From an uncultured delta proteobacterium (GTDB lineage Bacteria > Desulfobacterota > Binatia > UBA9968), in assembly GCA_963745035.1 (NCBI GenBank), contig CAVUVW010000027.1, positions 128,001-192,000 of the forward strand: a stretch of DNA of 64,000 nt. Direction: 5' to 3'. The notes beneath the pieces are model-generated. The model was not told where the DNA came from. It was given only the letters and a program-made list of their open reading frames with translations, and did no database searches. Shown in pieces: positions 63,677 through 64,000 of the stretch; position 1 is the first letter of the stretch, and every line of letters starts with the position of its first letter. A program made the position numbers and the translations under genes.

Positions 63677-64000
63677 ATGGAAAACGAAAAGGATCGATTT
63701 GGCGATACCATGCGACTTGTGGAGAGGGCTAAGGAAGACATTTACTTTGCCGAGCGCGACCGGGAAATCTTAGAAAAACTGCGCAGCCAATTGCGCAAGG
63801 TCGATACTGCCGAGCCGCGGTCTCAATGCCCGAAGTGTACCGGAAAGCTGGAGACTCATTCGTTCGAAGGTTTCAGCCTTGATCGATGCCGCGAATGCGG
63901 CGGGATCTGGTTGGACAAGGGCGAGCTCGAAGCGATCGTGCGCAAAATCAGCCGAGGTCCGCTCGGCGCTTGGTTTGACGCTGTGGCACCCAAGTCGTGA
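63677..64000 (+). CDS. zf-TFIIB-like zinc-ribbon protein
   Basis: EDIYF, CPKC...DRCRECGGIWLDKGEL. Confidence 0.8.
   Translation: MENEKDRFGDTMRLVERAKEDIYFAERDREILEKLRSQLRKVDTAEPRSQCPKCTGKLETHSFEGFSLDRCRECGGIWLDKGELEAIVRKISRGPLGAWFDAVAPKS

Overview
GC-rich bacterial chromosomal window. The gene order tilS-ftsH-folP-cdaA-cdaR-glmM-pdxJ-nnr-tsaE-lysC-cimA and the many stand-alone solute-binding proteins suggest a deltaproteobacteria-like or Ca. Binatia-type organism (inference only). About 15 single-base frameshifts, several in housekeeping genes (ftsH, mnmA, mtaB), look like long-read indel errors, so split ORFs are rejoined here. Layout: 1-15 kb, catabolic/transport genes; 15-32.7 kb, housekeeping cluster with short tandem/inverted repeat elements at several gene junctions; 32.7-39 kb, SdhA-like flavoprotein with a 2Fe-2S partner, an amidohydrolase-like protein, a radical SAM maturase and small accessory genes; 39.2-44.4 kb, a selenocysteine GrdB-family gene (in-frame UGA in T-U-G-T-C plus a SECIS-like hairpin, missed by the ORF track) with two GrdE-like paralogues that apparently lack the pyruvoyl-forming Cys and no GrdA/C/D nearby; 44.6-50.6 kb, one ~2000-aa double lipase + CHAT caspase-like + TPR-like protein; 51.4-64 kb, a stress island (CBS, USP, DoxX, ferritin-like pair, DksA-like, micro-membrane proteins) with several sigma54 -24/-12 motifs and a sigma54 activator that has no sensor domain. 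No rRNA, tRNA, CRISPR array or intact mobile element was recognised.
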